From assembly GCA_964617965.1 (NCBI GenBank), contig CAZTWO010000001.1, positions 4,457 through 52,028 of the forward strand: a stretch of 47,572 nucleotides of DNA, in the 5' to 3' direction. A program made the translations under genes and the position numbers. Below are positions 25,536-36,355 of the stretch, in pieces (the first letter of the stretch is position 1; every line of letters begins with the position of its first letter). The DNA is from an uncultured Ruminococcus sp. (lineage in GTDB: Bacteria; Bacillota; Clostridia; Oscillospirales; Acutalibacteraceae). A model generated the notes under the pieces. That model searched no databases, was not told the origin of the DNA, and worked only from the letters and a program-made list of their open reading frames with translations.

Positions 25536-26429
25536 TTAAAGTCCTGCCTTTTCGGCAATGTATTTGCGTGCTTTAAGAGCATACTCGAAGGGATTTGCGA
25601 TTGCGGGATCCTGCTCTGCTTCAACAAGAACATATCCCTCGTAGCCTGTTTCGGCGAGAACGTCGAAAATGGGAGCGAAGTCTATAGCACCGTCACCGGG
25701 GACTGTGAATGTGCCGAGACGCACACCCTGCAGGAAGCTCATGTGATTTGCCTTGACTTCCGCTACCTTATCGGGGCGAATGTCTTTAAGGTGAACGTGC
25801 TTGATGCGCTTTGCGTACTTCTTGAGAACGGACATATAGTCCTCACCGCAGTATGCAAGGTGACCCGAGTCAAACAGAAGGCTGAACAGCTCGGGGTCTG
25901 TGTTCTCCATCATTCTGTCGATTTCGGCCTCGGTCTGAACAACCGTGCCCATGTGATGATGAAGTGTAAGAGCGATGCCCATGTCTTTTGCGACCTTGCC
26001 GAGCTTGTTAAGACCGTCGGTGAAAACCTTCCACTCGTCATCGTTCATAACATATTTGCACTCGAAAATGGGCTTGTCTGTGCCCTGGATTGAGTGGCTC
26101 TGCTCCGAGATGCCGACTACCTTTGCACCCATTTCTTTAAGGAATGTAATGTGCTTTATGAAATCAGCCTCAACCTCTTCATAGGGCTTTGTGATAAGGA
26201 ATGAAGAGAACCATGCGTTGCAAATCTGCATTCCTCTGAGATCAAGAGCCTTCTTGAGAACGGCAGGATCTTTGGGATACTTGTTGCCCACTTCACAGCC
26301 TGTGAAGCCCGCAAGTGCCATTTCGGAAATGCACTGTTCAAATGTGTTTTCCGCGCCTAAATCGGGCATATCGTCATTGGTCCATGCAATGGGGGCTATG
26401 CCGAGTTTTACTTTGTTTTTGTCGAGCAT
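25536..26429 (-). CDS. iolE: Myo-inosose-2 dehydratase
   Basis: 297-aa xylose-isomerase-like TIM-barrel protein. The N-terminal [18 protein letters not shown] is characteristic of IolE. Confidence 0.88.
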   Translation of the reverse strand: MLDKNKVKLGIAPIAWTNDDMPDLGAENTFEQCISEMALAGFTGCEVGNKYPKDPAVLKKALDLRGMQICNAWFSSFLITKPYEEVEADFIKHITFLKEMGAKVVGISEQSHSIQGTDKPIFECKYVMNDDEWKVFTDGLNKLGKVAKDMGIALTLHHHMGTVVQTEAEIDRMMENTDPELFSLLFDSGHLAYCGEDYMSVLKKYAKRIKHVHLKDIRPDKVAEVKANHMSFLQGVRLGTFTVPGDGAIDFAPIFDVLAETGYEGYVLVEAEQDPAIANPFEYALKARKYIAEKAGL

Positions 26430-26430
26430 A

Positions 26431-28353
26431 TCAATATTTCCTCGCTTTGCTTAAATTTTCTTCTTTGGCTTTATATGCGTTCTGAACAGACTCCTTGGCT
26501 GAGGTGGAGGCGATGCCTACGTGCCACCATGCGCCGTAGCCGTCTGTCATTGTCTTGGGTAATACCTTGATGTCAAGGAGTGTTGAAACGGTCTGCTTTT
26601 TGGCGTCTTCAAGTGCGAAAGCAAGATCTTCCATGCTTCTGACCTTGTATGTCTTGCAGCCGTATCCTGCGGCACAGGCGGCAAAGTCGATGTTGAGAAG
26701 CGGACCCATGAGCTTGCCGTTTTCGTCTCTGTGGCGGAATTCGGTAGCAAGGTTGCCTATACCGTTGCCCATTTCAAGGTTGTTTATGCAGCCGAAACCG
26801 GAGTTATCGAACAGCATTACGTTAATCTTCGCACCCTCCTGAAGGGATGTGACAAGTTCGGAGTGAAGCATAAGATAGCTGCCGTCACCGCAGAATGCGT
26901 AGACTTCCCTGTCGGGAGCGGCAAGCTTTGAACCGAGAGCGCCTGCAATTTCGTAGCCCATGCAGGAGTAGCCGTATTCCATATTATACGTATATCTTGC
27001 GTCCGTTGTCCACATTCTCTGCATGCAGCCGGGCAGTGATCCTGCGGCGGCAACTGCGATTGCGTCAGGTGCAATGTGAGCACGGATGTATGCGAGCACC
27101 TGTGTCTGAGTGAGGCACGAGCCGTACATTTTGATATATTCGGGAATTGTCTTTTCGTCACGTGCGGCAATGAGGGGCTTAAAGTCGTCGCCGTATGAAT
27201 ATGCGGCAAGGCGTTTCATCTCTTCATCCCATGCGGCCTTGGCGTTTGCTATTTCGTCGGTATAAGAAGTCTTATAGTTCATGCCGGCAAGCACAGCACC
27301 GAGAGCTGACAGACCTAATTTTGCATCTGCAACGCACTTTGTGGCATCGAGCTTATAAGCGTCGAAGCGGTCGGTGTTTATTGTGACAAACTTAACATCG
27401 GGATTTTGGAAAAGCGACTTTGAAGCTGTGGTGAAATCCGAAAAACGTGTGCCGACACCGATAATTACATCCGCATCCTTGGCTATTGTGTTAGCGGCAA
27501 GGTTGCCCGTAACGCCGACACCGCCGAGGTTGAGCCTGTGAGAAGACAGAACGGAGCTTTTGCCCGACTGCGTCTCGGAGAACGGAATGTTGAACTCCTC
27601 GCAGAAGGCTTCAACCTGCTCGCCCGCTTCGGAATATCTTACGCCGCCGCCGGCGATAAGCAGGGGCTTTTTGGCGTTTGCGATAATCTCGGCTATATCG
27701 GATATTTCGTCAAGTGACGGAACAATTCTTGTGATTTTATGAACTCTCTTTTTGAAGAATGAATCGGGGTAATCATAGCTCTCACCCTCGACATCCTGAC
27801 AAAGAGAAATGCACACCGCACCCGTTGAAGCTGTGTCGGTCAGAACACGCATGGCGTTAATCATAGCCGACATAAGGTGCTCGGGACGGGCAATTCTGTC
27901 CCAATATTTGCAGACGGCTCTGTATGCGTCGTTTGTTGTGACGGAGAGCGAGTCGCTCTGTTCAAACTGCTGCAAAACGGGGTCGGGCTGACGGGTTGAA
28001 AATGTGTCAGCCGGGAACAGAAGAAGCGGAACATTGTTGACGGTAGCCGTAGCCGCCGCTGTAATCATGTTAGCGGCGCCGGGACCTATTGACGAAGAAC
28101 ACGCTATTATCTTGCGTCTGTTGTTCTGCTTTGCGAAGGAAGTTGCGGCGTGTGCCATGCCCTGCTCGTTTTTGCCCTGAAAGACCTTGAGCGAACCGGG
28201 ATTTTCATCGAGAGCCTGACCGAGTCCGCAGACAATGCCGTGGCCGAATATGGTAAAAATACCCTCGACAAATTTTGACTCTACGCCGTCAAATGACACA
28301 TACTGATTGTCAAGGAACTTAACAAGAGCCTGTGCCGTAGTCATTACTGCCAT
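26431..28353 (-). CDS. iolD: 3D-(3,5/4)-trihydroxycyclohexane-1,2-dione acylhydrolase (TPP-dependent)
   Basis: 640-aa ThDP enzyme (GDGSYLM motif) positioned between iolB and iolE. Confidence 0.9.
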   Translation of the reverse strand: MAVMTTAQALVKFLDNQYVSFDGVESKFVEGIFTIFGHGIVCGLGQALDENPGSLKVFQGKNEQGMAHAATSFAKQNNRRKIIACSSSIGPGAANMITAAATATVNNVPLLLFPADTFSTRQPDPVLQQFEQSDSLSVTTNDAYRAVCKYWDRIARPEHLMSAMINAMRVLTDTASTGAVCISLCQDVEGESYDYPDSFFKKRVHKITRIVPSLDEISDIAEIIANAKKPLLIAGGGVRYSEAGEQVEAFCEEFNIPFSETQSGKSSVLSSHRLNLGGVGVTGNLAANTIAKDADVIIGVGTRFSDFTTASKSLFQNPDVKFVTINTDRFDAYKLDATKCVADAKLGLSALGAVLAGMNYKTSYTDEIANAKAAWDEEMKRLAAYSYGDDFKPLIAARDEKTIPEYIKMYGSCLTQTQVLAYIRAHIAPDAIAVAAAGSLPGCMQRMWTTDARYTYNMEYGYSCMGYEIAGALGSKLAAPDREVYAFCGDGSYLMLHSELVTSLQEGAKINVMLFDNSGFGCINNLEMGNGIGNLATEFRHRDENGKLMGPLLNIDFAACAAGYGCKTYKVRSMEDLAFALEDAKKQTVSTLLDIKVLPKTMTDGYGAWWHVGIASTSAKESVQNAYKAKEENLSKARKY

Positions 28354-28371
28354 ATTTTCTCCTCCTCTTGG

Positions 28372-29145
28372 TTATTTGGCGTTTACAATCCACTGATGAT
28401 CTTCACCGACGATGCGGGTGGTCTTGTACCACGGGTCGCCGTCAATGTGACGAATCATCCATACATAATACATTTCATAGCACGGAGCCGCCGCCTGTTC
28501 GTGATCCTTGCCGGGTTCTATGCAGCAATATGAGCCGTCGGTGCTTTTGAACACATCATCACCGAGATAGCACGCACCGAAGCCCTGAGGCTTGTCGAAG
28601 CGATAATAATATACTTCGGGCTGCGGATGATGATGCGGCGGATAGCTCGACCAGCGGCCGGGCTGTGTGAAGACTTCGCCCAATACAAGATTTGACTTGG
28701 GGGCGTTGTCGTAGTCGAACATTGTGGATACGATTCTGTGACCCGTGCCGTTCCACTGACCCTTGCCGAACTCCTGATAAAGGCAGTTTTCGGGGGTGTA
28801 GAACTCAGCCGGGAAAACATTGTCGTTGTCGGTCTGCTCTACGATGATTTCGGCATCCTCGTCGCATGTAACGGCGATTTTGCTGTTTTTGGCAACATGC
28901 AGAGCATAGGGCTTTTTCTCGAAGGGATTTGCTCTTTCGCCCGACTCGGTCTTGCCGTCAAAAGCGAATGTAACCTTGCCCTGAAGCAGCAGCACGGCCG
29001 TTTCGTTTTTGTCGTCGAGAATTTCGAGAGTCTCGCCCTTTTTCATTTTTTTAACATATATATTCATGTGCATATCGGCGTTTTTGCCGTTTATCTCGCA
29101 CAGAACCTTTTTGCCGTTTGCGTCAAATTCGGGACGCTCAAACAT
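28372..29145 (-). CDS. iolB: 5-deoxy-glucuronate isomerase
   Basis: 257-aa cupin-type protein in the conserved iolC-iolB-iolD order. Confidence 0.85.
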   Translation of the reverse strand: MFERPEFDANGKKVLCEINGKNADMHMNIYVKKMKKGETLEILDDKNETAVLLLQGKVTFAFDGKTESGERANPFEKKPYALHVAKNSKIAVTCDEDAEIIVEQTDNDNVFPAEFYTPENCLYQEFGKGQWNGTGHRIVSTMFDYDNAPKSNLVLGEVFTQPGRWSSYPPHHHPQPEVYYYRFDKPQGFGACYLGDDVFKSTDGSYCCIEPGKDHEQAAAPCYEMYYVWMIRHIDGDPWYKTTRIVGEDHQWIVNAK

Positions 29146-29164
29146 ATCTAATCACTCCGTTTAA

Positions 29165-30181
29165 TTAAACTCTTGCGACCATTTCGCCGTATTCTTTCTT
29201 TTCGGCGGCTATGAAGTCCTCAACCTGCTTTACGCTCGGCATATCCTGAGAGCATGCGTGAGAAGCGACAAGCATAGCGGCTGAAGCAGAACCGAACTCG
29301 AGGCAGTCGATAATCTCTTTGCCCTCGAACAGGCTGAAAAGGAATGCGGAAGTGTAGCCGTCTCCGCCGCCGAAGGACTTTAGAAGCTTTACGGGGAAGG
29401 GCTTTATCGAGAAGCTCTGACCGTCGTTTGTGTAAGCGGTTGAGCCCTGCTTGCCGTGAGTTACGATGCAGATTTTTGCACCCTTGGCCTGCCAGTATTT
29501 TGCGGATGCGGCATCCGTGCCGTCGAGGTCCGTAAGCTTTTCGGCGAAGTCATACTCTTCACGTGAGCCGATGATAATGTCGGACTGAGAAGCGACCAGT
29601 GAATAATAGACGGCGATTTCGTCATCGTTCTTCCAGTTGTATGCACGGTAGTCGAGAACGAAGATTACGGGGATATTGTTTTTCTTGGCAAGGAGCATAG
29701 CCTTGAGAGAAGCTTCTCTTGAGGGGCTTTCGGCAAGGGCAACACCGGAGATAAGAACAGCGGCGCCCTGCTTTATGTATTCTTCGTCAATGTCGGCACA
29801 CTCGAGCTTTAAGTCGGCGGCTTCATTTCTGTACATAACGATGCTGCTCTCGGTTTCGCTCTTAATCTCGGTGAAGGTAAGGCCGATCTTTTCGCCGTTT
29901 TTGCAGCGGACGATTCTTGAGGTGTCGATTCCTTCTTTATCAAAGAAATCGGTTACGAATGTGCCGAGCTGATCATCGGACACTCTTGCGAAGAAGCCGC
30001 ACTTTTTGCCGAGACGCGCAAGACCTACGGCGATATTTGCGGGAGAGCCGCCGAGATAACGCTTGAAGGTTGTGCTCTCGTTGAGCGGACAATAATAATC
30101 GACAGGGTTAAGGTCAACCGCTACTCTGCCGACAAGAATGAGATCATACTTTTTTGATTTGTCAAATTCGATATATTTCAT
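29165..30181 (-). CDS. iolC: 5-dehydro-2-deoxygluconokinase (PfkB family)
   Basis: 338-aa ribokinase-like protein (GGSPANIAVGLARLG, DTSGAGD-like GGGDGYTSAF). It is the first gene of the iol cluster. Confidence 0.87.
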   Translation of the reverse strand: MKYIEFDKSKKYDLILVGRVAVDLNPVDYYCPLNESTTFKRYLGGSPANIAVGLARLGKKCGFFARVSDDQLGTFVTDFFDKEGIDTSRIVRCKNGEKIGLTFTEIKSETESSIVMYRNEAADLKLECADIDEEYIKQGAAVLISGVALAESPSREASLKAMLLAKKNNIPVIFVLDYRAYNWKNDDEIAVYYSLVASQSDIIIGSREEYDFAEKLTDLDGTDAASAKYWQAKGAKICIVTHGKQGSTAYTNDGQSFSIKPFPVKLLKSFGGGDGYTSAFLFSLFEGKEIIDCLEFGSASAAMLVASHACSQDMPSVKQVEDFIAAEKKEYGEMVARV

Positions 30182-30277
30182 ATCTGTACTCCTTTGCGAA
30201 AAATTGGATTTTTCGGGGAAAATTATAAACTATATTTTTAATTTATTCAACCCAAATTTTGTTAATTTTATGATTTT

Positions 30278-31066
30278 TTAGCATATCACGCCGACTTTTT
30301 TGAGCAAAAAATCGACAAACACGACAATTCCGTAGATAATCGGCTGATGAGCAAGATAGATATAGAGGCTGTATTTTCCTATTTTCGGAAAAAGCGGCAG
30401 TCTGACACACCCGAGACGACGTGCGGTGTTATTTTCTTTAACGGCATTATAGAAGAAATACCCCGCAAGGCACATGAAAAACCACGGAAAAACGGCGAAA
30501 TAATCCGATGACACAAAGCCGCTGAACGGAAAACCGAAAAACGCAGTTATATAGTTTCTGTACAGCGCCGTCGGCAGATAAAACAGCACTTTTTTATAAG
30601 TGCCGACATAGGCGTAGTTCATTCTGTCAAATACCCAGAAAAGCAGAATATTTGCAACACACATTGTTTTTGGCGGCAGATGCTTTAACAGTCTGTCGAG
30701 CAGATACAAAAGCAGTCCGGACACAGCCATAAATGTGAGTATTCCGAAATATACGGGGGCATTGGGAGATACTATGAACGACACGCCCGTTACGGCAAGC
30801 CCGGCACAGAACAAAACGGCAAACCGCTTTATGTGATGGGATGAAAAGTGAAAGCACAATCCGGACAGAAAGATAAACAGTCCCGCACCGAAATCACGGA
30901 TAAACAGCAGAAACCAACTGTTCATTATCTTTTCATAGTCGAAGCCGAAAACCGTGACAACGTCAAATATCGTGTGGTATATAATCATGCCCAAAATGCA
31001 GACTCCCCTCACCGCATCGATGAAGGGATATCTCACTTTGTTTACATTTGTATTCGTCTCGGTCAT
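30278..31066 (-). CDS. DUF1624 (heparan-alpha-glucosaminide N-acetyltransferase-like) membrane protein
   Basis: 262-aa polytopic protein with the N-terminal RYPFIDAVRGVCILGMIIYH motif typical of DUF1624. It overlaps the upstream gene by 4 nt. Confidence 0.8.
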   Translation of the reverse strand: MTETNTNVNKVRYPFIDAVRGVCILGMIIYHTIFDVVTVFGFDYEKIMNSWFLLFIRDFGAGLFIFLSGLCFHFSSHHIKRFAVLFCAGLAVTGVSFIVSPNAPVYFGILTFMAVSGLLLYLLDRLLKHLPPKTMCVANILLFWVFDRMNYAYVGTYKKVLFYLPTALYRNYITAFFGFPFSGFVSSDYFAVFPWFFMCLAGYFFYNAVKENNTARRLGCVRLPLFPKIGKYSLYIYLAHQPIIYGIVVFVDFLLKKVGVIC

Positions 31067-31983
31067 TTCGCCAGAGCTCTGTTCAGGAATGACAGGATAT
31101 CGTCAAACACTCTGTCGTTGTCTTCCTCGCAGAGTATTGCATGACGAAGCCCCGGATAAAGATAGACATCGGGGTCAAGTCCGTTCTTTGTAAGCGTGTC
31201 GGCAAAATCTATTATGCCCTTGCCGAACATTCCCAGGGGGTCTTTTGCACCTGAAATTATAAGCACGGGGAGATTATAGGGCAGCGCTTCGATTGTTGAA
31301 GGGTTGCAGGCGCGAAGAGCCAGGTCGAAAAGCGAAGTTTTCATACCCGTGTCAGCCGGTGCGTTGCACAGCGGGTCGGCACGGTAGCTCTCAATCACGG
31401 ACGGGCTTTTTGCAAGCCACGACAGATCATCATCCTCACCGAGCATAAGCTTTGTCACCTTGCCGAAAATATCGACGTTGCCGCCGTTTTGCGGAAGAAT
31501 GTTGAGCACGGTTTTGACGGTATTGTCAAACGCCATCATCTGCCACGGAAAATGTACCGTGCCGCAGATAATAATGCCCTTTAAGTCGGCGGCGAATTTT
31601 GACGCATACACTCTGACAAGCAGACTGCCCATTGAGTGACCGAGCATAAAATAGGGCAGCTCCGGGTAACGCTTATGCATTATTCTGTAAAGCGTGTTCA
31701 TATCACGAAGCATGGTGACATAGCCGTCGGGCGGGCATTTGCCGAGCTCCTCGACAGACTCAACCGATTTGCCGTGACCTATGTGGTCATTGCCGCATAC
31801 GATATAGCCGCAGTCCGTCAGGAAATGAGCGAGTGCTTCATATCTGCCGATATGATCACCCATGCCGTGTGCAATCTGCACAATGCCGACAGGTGAAATT
31901 TCGTCATTCTGCCATATTGACGTGTGTATCATGTTTATTCCGTTGTCGGAATGGAAATAGGCATCCTTCTTTATAATTGCCAT
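31063..31983 (-). CDS. Alpha/beta hydrolase (lysophospholipase / monoacylglycerol-lipase-like)
   Basis: 306-aa ORF with an HG oxyanion motif (IAHGMGDH) and the nucleophile elbow GHSMGS. Confidence 0.85.
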   Translation of the reverse strand: MAIIKKDAYFHSDNGINMIHTSIWQNDEISPVGIVQIAHGMGDHIGRYEALAHFLTDCGYIVCGNDHIGHGKSVESVEELGKCPPDGYVTMLRDMNTLYRIMHKRYPELPYFMLGHSMGSLLVRVYASKFAADLKGIIICGTVHFPWQMMAFDNTVKTVLNILPQNGGNVDIFGKVTKLMLGEDDDLSWLAKSPSVIESYRADPLCNAPADTGMKTSLFDLALRACNPSTIEALPYNLPVLIISGAKDPLGMFGKGIIDFADTLTKNGLDPDVYLYPGLRHAILCEEDNDRVFDDILSFLNRALAK

Positions 31984-31999
31984 GCTTTACCTCCGTAAA

Positions 32000-33691
32000 T
32001 CAGTCGTCCCAGATATAAACTCTTGTTTCATAGGGGCGAAGTGAAAAGCCGTTATTGAGAACGGTGTTGTTTTCGTAGTTGCAAAGAGCAAGTCGACCGC
32101 CTGACAGGTCAAACTCCTCGGGAGCCTTGAAGCCCGTCGCCTTTGACGTAAACGAGCAGATGATAAGCGCCTTTTTGTTGTCAAGTCGGCGTACATAGGC
32201 GAAAATCTCGCTGCTGTTCTTGTACAGTTCCTCATATGAGCCGTAGATTATGACATCGTTTTCTTTGCGGAACTTTATAAGCTGTCTGTAAAAATTGAGA
32301 ATCGAATTGGGGTCTTTTTCGGCGGCCTCGACATTTATCTTTTTGTAGTTGGGGTTGACAAAGAACCACGGCTTGTCGGCCGTTGTAAAGCCGGCGTTTT
32401 TCTCGGCGTTCCACTGAACGGGTGTGCGGGCGTTGTCACGGGAAGCGTATTTTGTGAGCTTAATGGCTTTTTCTTTTCCGAGAATTGCCTTTGCGACACC
32501 GTAGTTGTTGATGCTCGAAACGTCAACATAATCGTCAATGTTGTCAAGCCCTAAGTTGAGCATGCCTATCTCCTGCCCCTGATAGATAAAGGGAGTACCC
32601 GAGAGGCACATATACGAGACGGCGAGAGCCTTTGCGCTCTCTACTCTGTATGTAGTCGAGCCGTATCTGTTTATGACACGGGGCTGATCGTGATTTTCGA
32701 TATAAAGGGCGTTCCATGCCTTGCCGTAAAGCTCCTTCTGCCAGTGTGACAGAGCCTTTTTGTAGCGTTTGAGGCTGAACTTTGTCTTGAACCAGCTGTA
32801 AGCGATGCAGTCCGCACCCATATGGTCAAAGTTGAACATCATGTTAAGCTGCTGATTGTCGCCCTCTGTTATGTGCTTTAATGCAAGCTTTGTGGTCATC
32901 ATGGGAGCTTCGCCGACGGTCATGCAGTCATATTTTGACAGAACATCGTTTTTGAACTCAGACAGATACTCTTCAAGATGCGGGCCGTGAATGTAGTTTT
33001 CGATGCCGCACGCAACCGGGAACCAATATGGGCTTGAGGGCAGACCCTTACGCTTTGAAATGAATGTGATAACATCCTCACGGAAGCCGTCAACACCCAT
33101 ATCAAGCCAGAAACGCATTATGTCCTTGACTTCTTCACGAACCTTTGGATTGTCCATATTAAGATCTGGCTGTTCGATTGCGAAAAGGTGAAGGTAATAC
33201 ATGCCGTTTTCGGGGCAGTATTCCCATGCGGGGCCCGCAAAAGTGCTGGTCCAGTTATTGGGGCGGCGTTTGCCGTTTTTGCCCTTGCCCTTTCTCCAGA
33301 AATAATAGTCGAAATAGGGGCTGTCGGGACCGTTTTTCTTGCCGTCCAAGAACCATTCATGCTGGTCGGAAGTGTGGTTTACGACAAGGTCCATAATAAC
33401 ACGAAGTCCTCTTTCGTGCGCACCGTCAAGCACCGCCTTGAAGTCCTCCATTGTGCCGTACTCGGGCTGAATCGCACGATAGTCGGCAATGTCGTAGCCG
33501 TAGTCCTTCTGCGGAGATTTATAGAGGGGTGAAAACCATATGGCATCAACACCCAATGACTTTATGTAGTCAAGCTTTGATAAGACGCCCTTAAGGTCGC
33601 CTATGCCGTCGCCGTTGCCGTCGCAGAAGCTGCGGGGCCACACCTGGTAGACGGACATTTCTTTGTACCATGATCTTTTGATTTCGGACAC
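32000..33691 (-). CDS. GH13 alpha-glucosidase (oligo-1,6-glucosidase / glucan 1,6-alpha-glucosidase type)
   Basis: 563-aa ORF. The N-terminal WYKEMSVYQVWPRSFCDGNGDGIGDL, together with DLVVNHTS, GFREDV and ENHD motifs, is typical of GH13 exo-glucosidases. Confidence 0.92.
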   Translation of the reverse strand: MSEIKRSWYKEMSVYQVWPRSFCDGNGDGIGDLKGVLSKLDYIKSLGVDAIWFSPLYKSPQKDYGYDIADYRAIQPEYGTMEDFKAVLDGAHERGLRVIMDLVVNHTSDQHEWFLDGKKNGPDSPYFDYYFWRKGKGKNGKRRPNNWTSTFAGPAWEYCPENGMYYLHLFAIEQPDLNMDNPKVREEVKDIMRFWLDMGVDGFREDVITFISKRKGLPSSPYWFPVACGIENYIHGPHLEEYLSEFKNDVLSKYDCMTVGEAPMMTTKLALKHITEGDNQQLNMMFNFDHMGADCIAYSWFKTKFSLKRYKKALSHWQKELYGKAWNALYIENHDQPRVINRYGSTTYRVESAKALAVSYMCLSGTPFIYQGQEIGMLNLGLDNIDDYVDVSSINNYGVAKAILGKEKAIKLTKYASRDNARTPVQWNAEKNAGFTTADKPWFFVNPNYKKINVEAAEKDPNSILNFYRQLIKFRKENDVIIYGSYEELYKNSSEIFAYVRRLDNKKALIICSFTSKATGFKAPEEFDLSGGRLALCNYENNTVLNNGFSLRPYETRVYIWDD

Positions 33692-33770
33692 TTTTCTTTC
33701 CTCCTGAGAGCTGAATGCTCGAATATGATTTTTTTGTCAAAATTTTAGTCGGTGAAAACAGCGGACAAAT

Positions 33771-34084
33771 TAAGAATTAAGAATGCATAATGCATAATGT
33801 CGGAAGACACTGCGTGTCTTGAATTTATAGAAGCTTCGCGGGGCTGAACTTTTGTGTAAGCCGGTAATTTCTTTCGACATATTTATGACAATGCAGAATG
33901 TAGAATGCAGAAGCAGAATGAAGAATGTAGAATGTAGAATGCATAATGCATAATGTCGGAAGACACTTCGTGTCTTGGATTATAGAAGCTTCGCAAGGCT
34001 AAATTTTATACAAACCGGTAGTTTATTTCGATATATCTGCTATAATGCAGAATGCAGAATGTAGAATGTCACAATTCGCGTGTG
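33771..34084 (+). repeat. Two tandem copies (period 156 bp) of the modular element, forward. Heptamer arrays (33771-33798, 33891-33955, 34045-34068), cores (33802-33890, 33958-34044) and a TCACAATTCGCG module (34069-34081).
   Basis: Direct reading. Hairpins AAGACAC-TGC-GTGTCTT (33804-33820) and AAGACAC-TTC-GTGTCTT (33960-33976). The period was measured from TCGGAAGACAC at 33800 and 33956. Confidence 0.9.
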
Positions 34085-34087
34085 TTT

Positions 34088-34879
34088 TTAGAGGTCTTTG
34101 GCGAAGCAGCCGATGTCGGAGTAGGCGGCGGTGGCTTTTATGGGAGATGAAGCGTAGAGTTCGGGGGTTGTTACACCGGTGTAGACCAGGACGCTTTTAA
34201 GCCCGTTTTTGCTGCCTATGGCAATGTCGGTTTCGAGTCGGTCGCCGACAAAGGCTATTTCGTCTTTTCTGCATCCGATAAGATGCGTTACATAATCAAC
34301 CGTATAGGCGTAGGGCTTGCCCATTATAAGGTCGGGGGCGCGTCCCGTTGACGCTTTTATGAGTGCCATAAACGAACCGACATCCGGCATGAATCCGTTT
34401 TTGAGCGGACAGTTTACATCCGGGTGCGTTACGATATATTCGGCGCCGTTCGCTATGAAATTTGCCGCTTTGTCGAGCTTTTTGTATGTAAGCTCGGTAT
34501 CAAACCCGACAACGACAATATCGGGGTTTTCTTCGGTAAGCGGTATCCCGGCTTTGTTGAAATCCTTTGTCAGATTGTGATTGCCGACAAGATAAACCGT
34601 TTTGCCGGGGCGACTGCGTTTAAGAAAATCGATTGTAACATGAGAAGAGATTATAACGCTCCCCTTTTTTGCGGGATAGCCTAATTTATTGAGCCTTTCA
34701 AGGCATTCGTTTTCGTCGTGTGACGAGTTGTTTGTGAAAAAGAAAAATCTCTTGCCCTTGTTTTTAACGGCTTCGGCAAACTCGAGTGCGCCGGGCAAAA
34801 GGCTGTCGCCGAGATAAAATGTGCCGTCCATATCGACTATATAGCACTTTATGTCGGCAAAAAGTTGTGAGTTATCCAT
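34088..34879 (-). CDS. HAD-IIA family hydrolase (NagD-like sugar phosphatase)
   Basis: 263-aa ORF with HAD motif I DMDGT and motif IV GD....D (VGDRLETDI). Confidence 0.85.
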   Translation of the reverse strand: MDNSQLFADIKCYIVDMDGTFYLGDSLLPGALEFAEAVKNKGKRFFFFTNNSSHDENECLERLNKLGYPAKKGSVIISSHVTIDFLKRSRPGKTVYLVGNHNLTKDFNKAGIPLTEENPDIVVVGFDTELTYKKLDKAANFIANGAEYIVTHPDVNCPLKNGFMPDVGSFMALIKASTGRAPDLIMGKPYAYTVDYVTHLIGCRKDEIAFVGDRLETDIAIGSKNGLKSVLVYTGVTTPELYASSPIKATAAYSDIGCFAKDL

Positions 34880-35011
34880 ATTAACTCATTCGCCCCCATT
34901 CTCGTATATGATATATTAGTTGCGGCGAAAAAGCAAGAACAAAAGCGACAAAACGCAAAAAAGGGTTGATTTTTATTTTTATGTGTGTTAACATTGTCTG
35001 CGTTATAAGTC

Positions 35012-35260
35012 AAACGCCGAGAACGGAAGAGTAGGCCTGAAATTTTCGTCAGAGAGTATGTGCCGTCGGCTGAAAGCACATTCGTTAAATTTTTTGCTGA
35101 AGTTCACCCGGGAGCGGTGCCGCCGAAAAAAGAGTAAGCGGCAACGGCCGATCACCGTTAAAGGATTGCCGAGAGTCCGTCCGTTATCAAAAAAAGACGG
35201 AAACAAGGGTGGTACCGCGGAGCTGATTCTTCGTCCCTTTTTGTGGGATGAAGTTTTTTT
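35012..35260 (+). promoter_or_regulatory. T-box riboswitch leader with a Phe (UUC) specifier, controlling pheST
   Basis: Stem I elements GCCGAGAACGGAAGAGTA (K-turn/AGTA), AGAGA bulge (about 35050) and distal CTGAAAGC. Specifier GAAG-TTC-A (TTC at 35103-35105). T-box AACAAGGGTGGTACCGCG (35202-35219). Terminator CTTCGTCCC/GGGATGAAG plus T7 (35229-35260). Confidence 0.9.
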
Positions 35261-35321
35261 ATTTTCCGCCGAAAAAAATGTAACATACGCAAATTTCATA
35301 AAAACGAAAGGATGACACAGC

Positions 35322-36341
35322 ATGAAATCACAGCTTGAAGCCATACGCCAGAAAGCCGAAGATGAGCTCAAAAAGGTTGCCGAAATTCGTTCACTTGACG
35401 ACATAAGAGTAAGATACCTCGGCAAAAAGGGCGAGCTTACGGCAATTCTTAAGCAAATGGGCAAATTAAGCCCCGAGGAGCGTCCCGTTATGGGTCAGTT
35501 CGCCAACGAAGTAAGAAGCATGATAGAAAATGCCGTTGACGAAAAAATGAAGGAGCTTAAATCAAAGGCAAAAGAAGAACGCCTCAAGGCCGAGACACTT
35601 GACGTTACAATGCCCGGCAAGGCACAGCCCGAAGGACACAGACATCCTCTGAGCATAGTTATGGATGAAGTCAAGGATATATTCATCGGCATGGGCTTTA
35701 AGGTAGCCGACGGCCCCGAGGTGGAGCTTGATTATTATAACTTCGAAGCTCTTAATATTCCCGAAGGACACCCGGCGAGAGATACGCAGGACACATTCTA
35801 TATCTCCGACAAGGTTCTGCTTCGTACACAGACCTCAGGCTGTCAGATAAGATATATGGAAGGTCACAAGCCGCCCATAAGAATGATTGCGCCCGGCAGA
35901 GTTTACCGTTCCGACACAATGGACGCCACACACTCACCCGTATTCCATCAGATTGAAGGACTTGTGGTTGACAAGGGCATAACAATGGCAGACCTCAAGG
36001 GCAATCTGCTTCAGCTTGCAAAGAAGCTTTACGGCGAAAACACCGAGATAAGACTTCGTCCGCATCACTTCCCCTTCACGGAGCCGTCATGCGAAATTGA
36101 CGTTTCATGCTTCCGCTGCGGCGGCAAGGGCTGCCCGATGTGCAAGGGTGAAGGCTGGATTGAGATTCTCGGTGCCGGTATGGTTCACCCGAAGGTGCTT
36201 GAACGCGGCGGCATTGACCCCGAGGTTTATTCCGGCTTTGCGTTCGGCGTAGGCGTTGAAAGACTTGCAATGTTCCGTTTCTCGGTTGACGATATGCGTC
36301 TTTATTACGAGAATGACACAAGATTTTTGAATCAGTTTTAA
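35322..36341 (+). CDS. pheS: Phenylalanine--tRNA ligase alpha subunit
   Basis: 339-aa ORF with class II aaRS motifs (HPARD, FRCGG...[17 protein letters not shown]). Confidence 0.97.
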   Translation: MKSQLEAIRQKAEDELKKVAEIRSLDDIRVRYLGKKGELTAILKQMGKLSPEERPVMGQFANEVRSMIENAVDEKMKELKSKAKEERLKAETLDVTMPGKAQPEGHRHPLSIVMDEVKDIFIGMGFKVADGPEVELDYYNFEALNIPEGHPARDTQDTFYISDKVLLRTQTSGCQIRYMEGHKPPIRMIAPGRVYRSDTMDATHSPVFHQIEGLVVDKGITMADLKGNLLQLAKKLYGENTEIRLRPHHFPFTEPSCEIDVSCFRCGGKGCPMCKGEGWIEILGAGMVHPKVLERGGIDPEVYSGFAFGVGVERLAMFRFSVDDMRLYYENDTRFLNQF

Positions 36342-36355
36342 GGAGGTGCGGATAA

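Noticed and set aside
35003-35464. 153-aa minus-strand ORF and 85-aa plus-strand ORF (35058..35315) upstream of pheS
   Set aside because: They overlap the T-box leader, whose conserved RNA elements explain the region.
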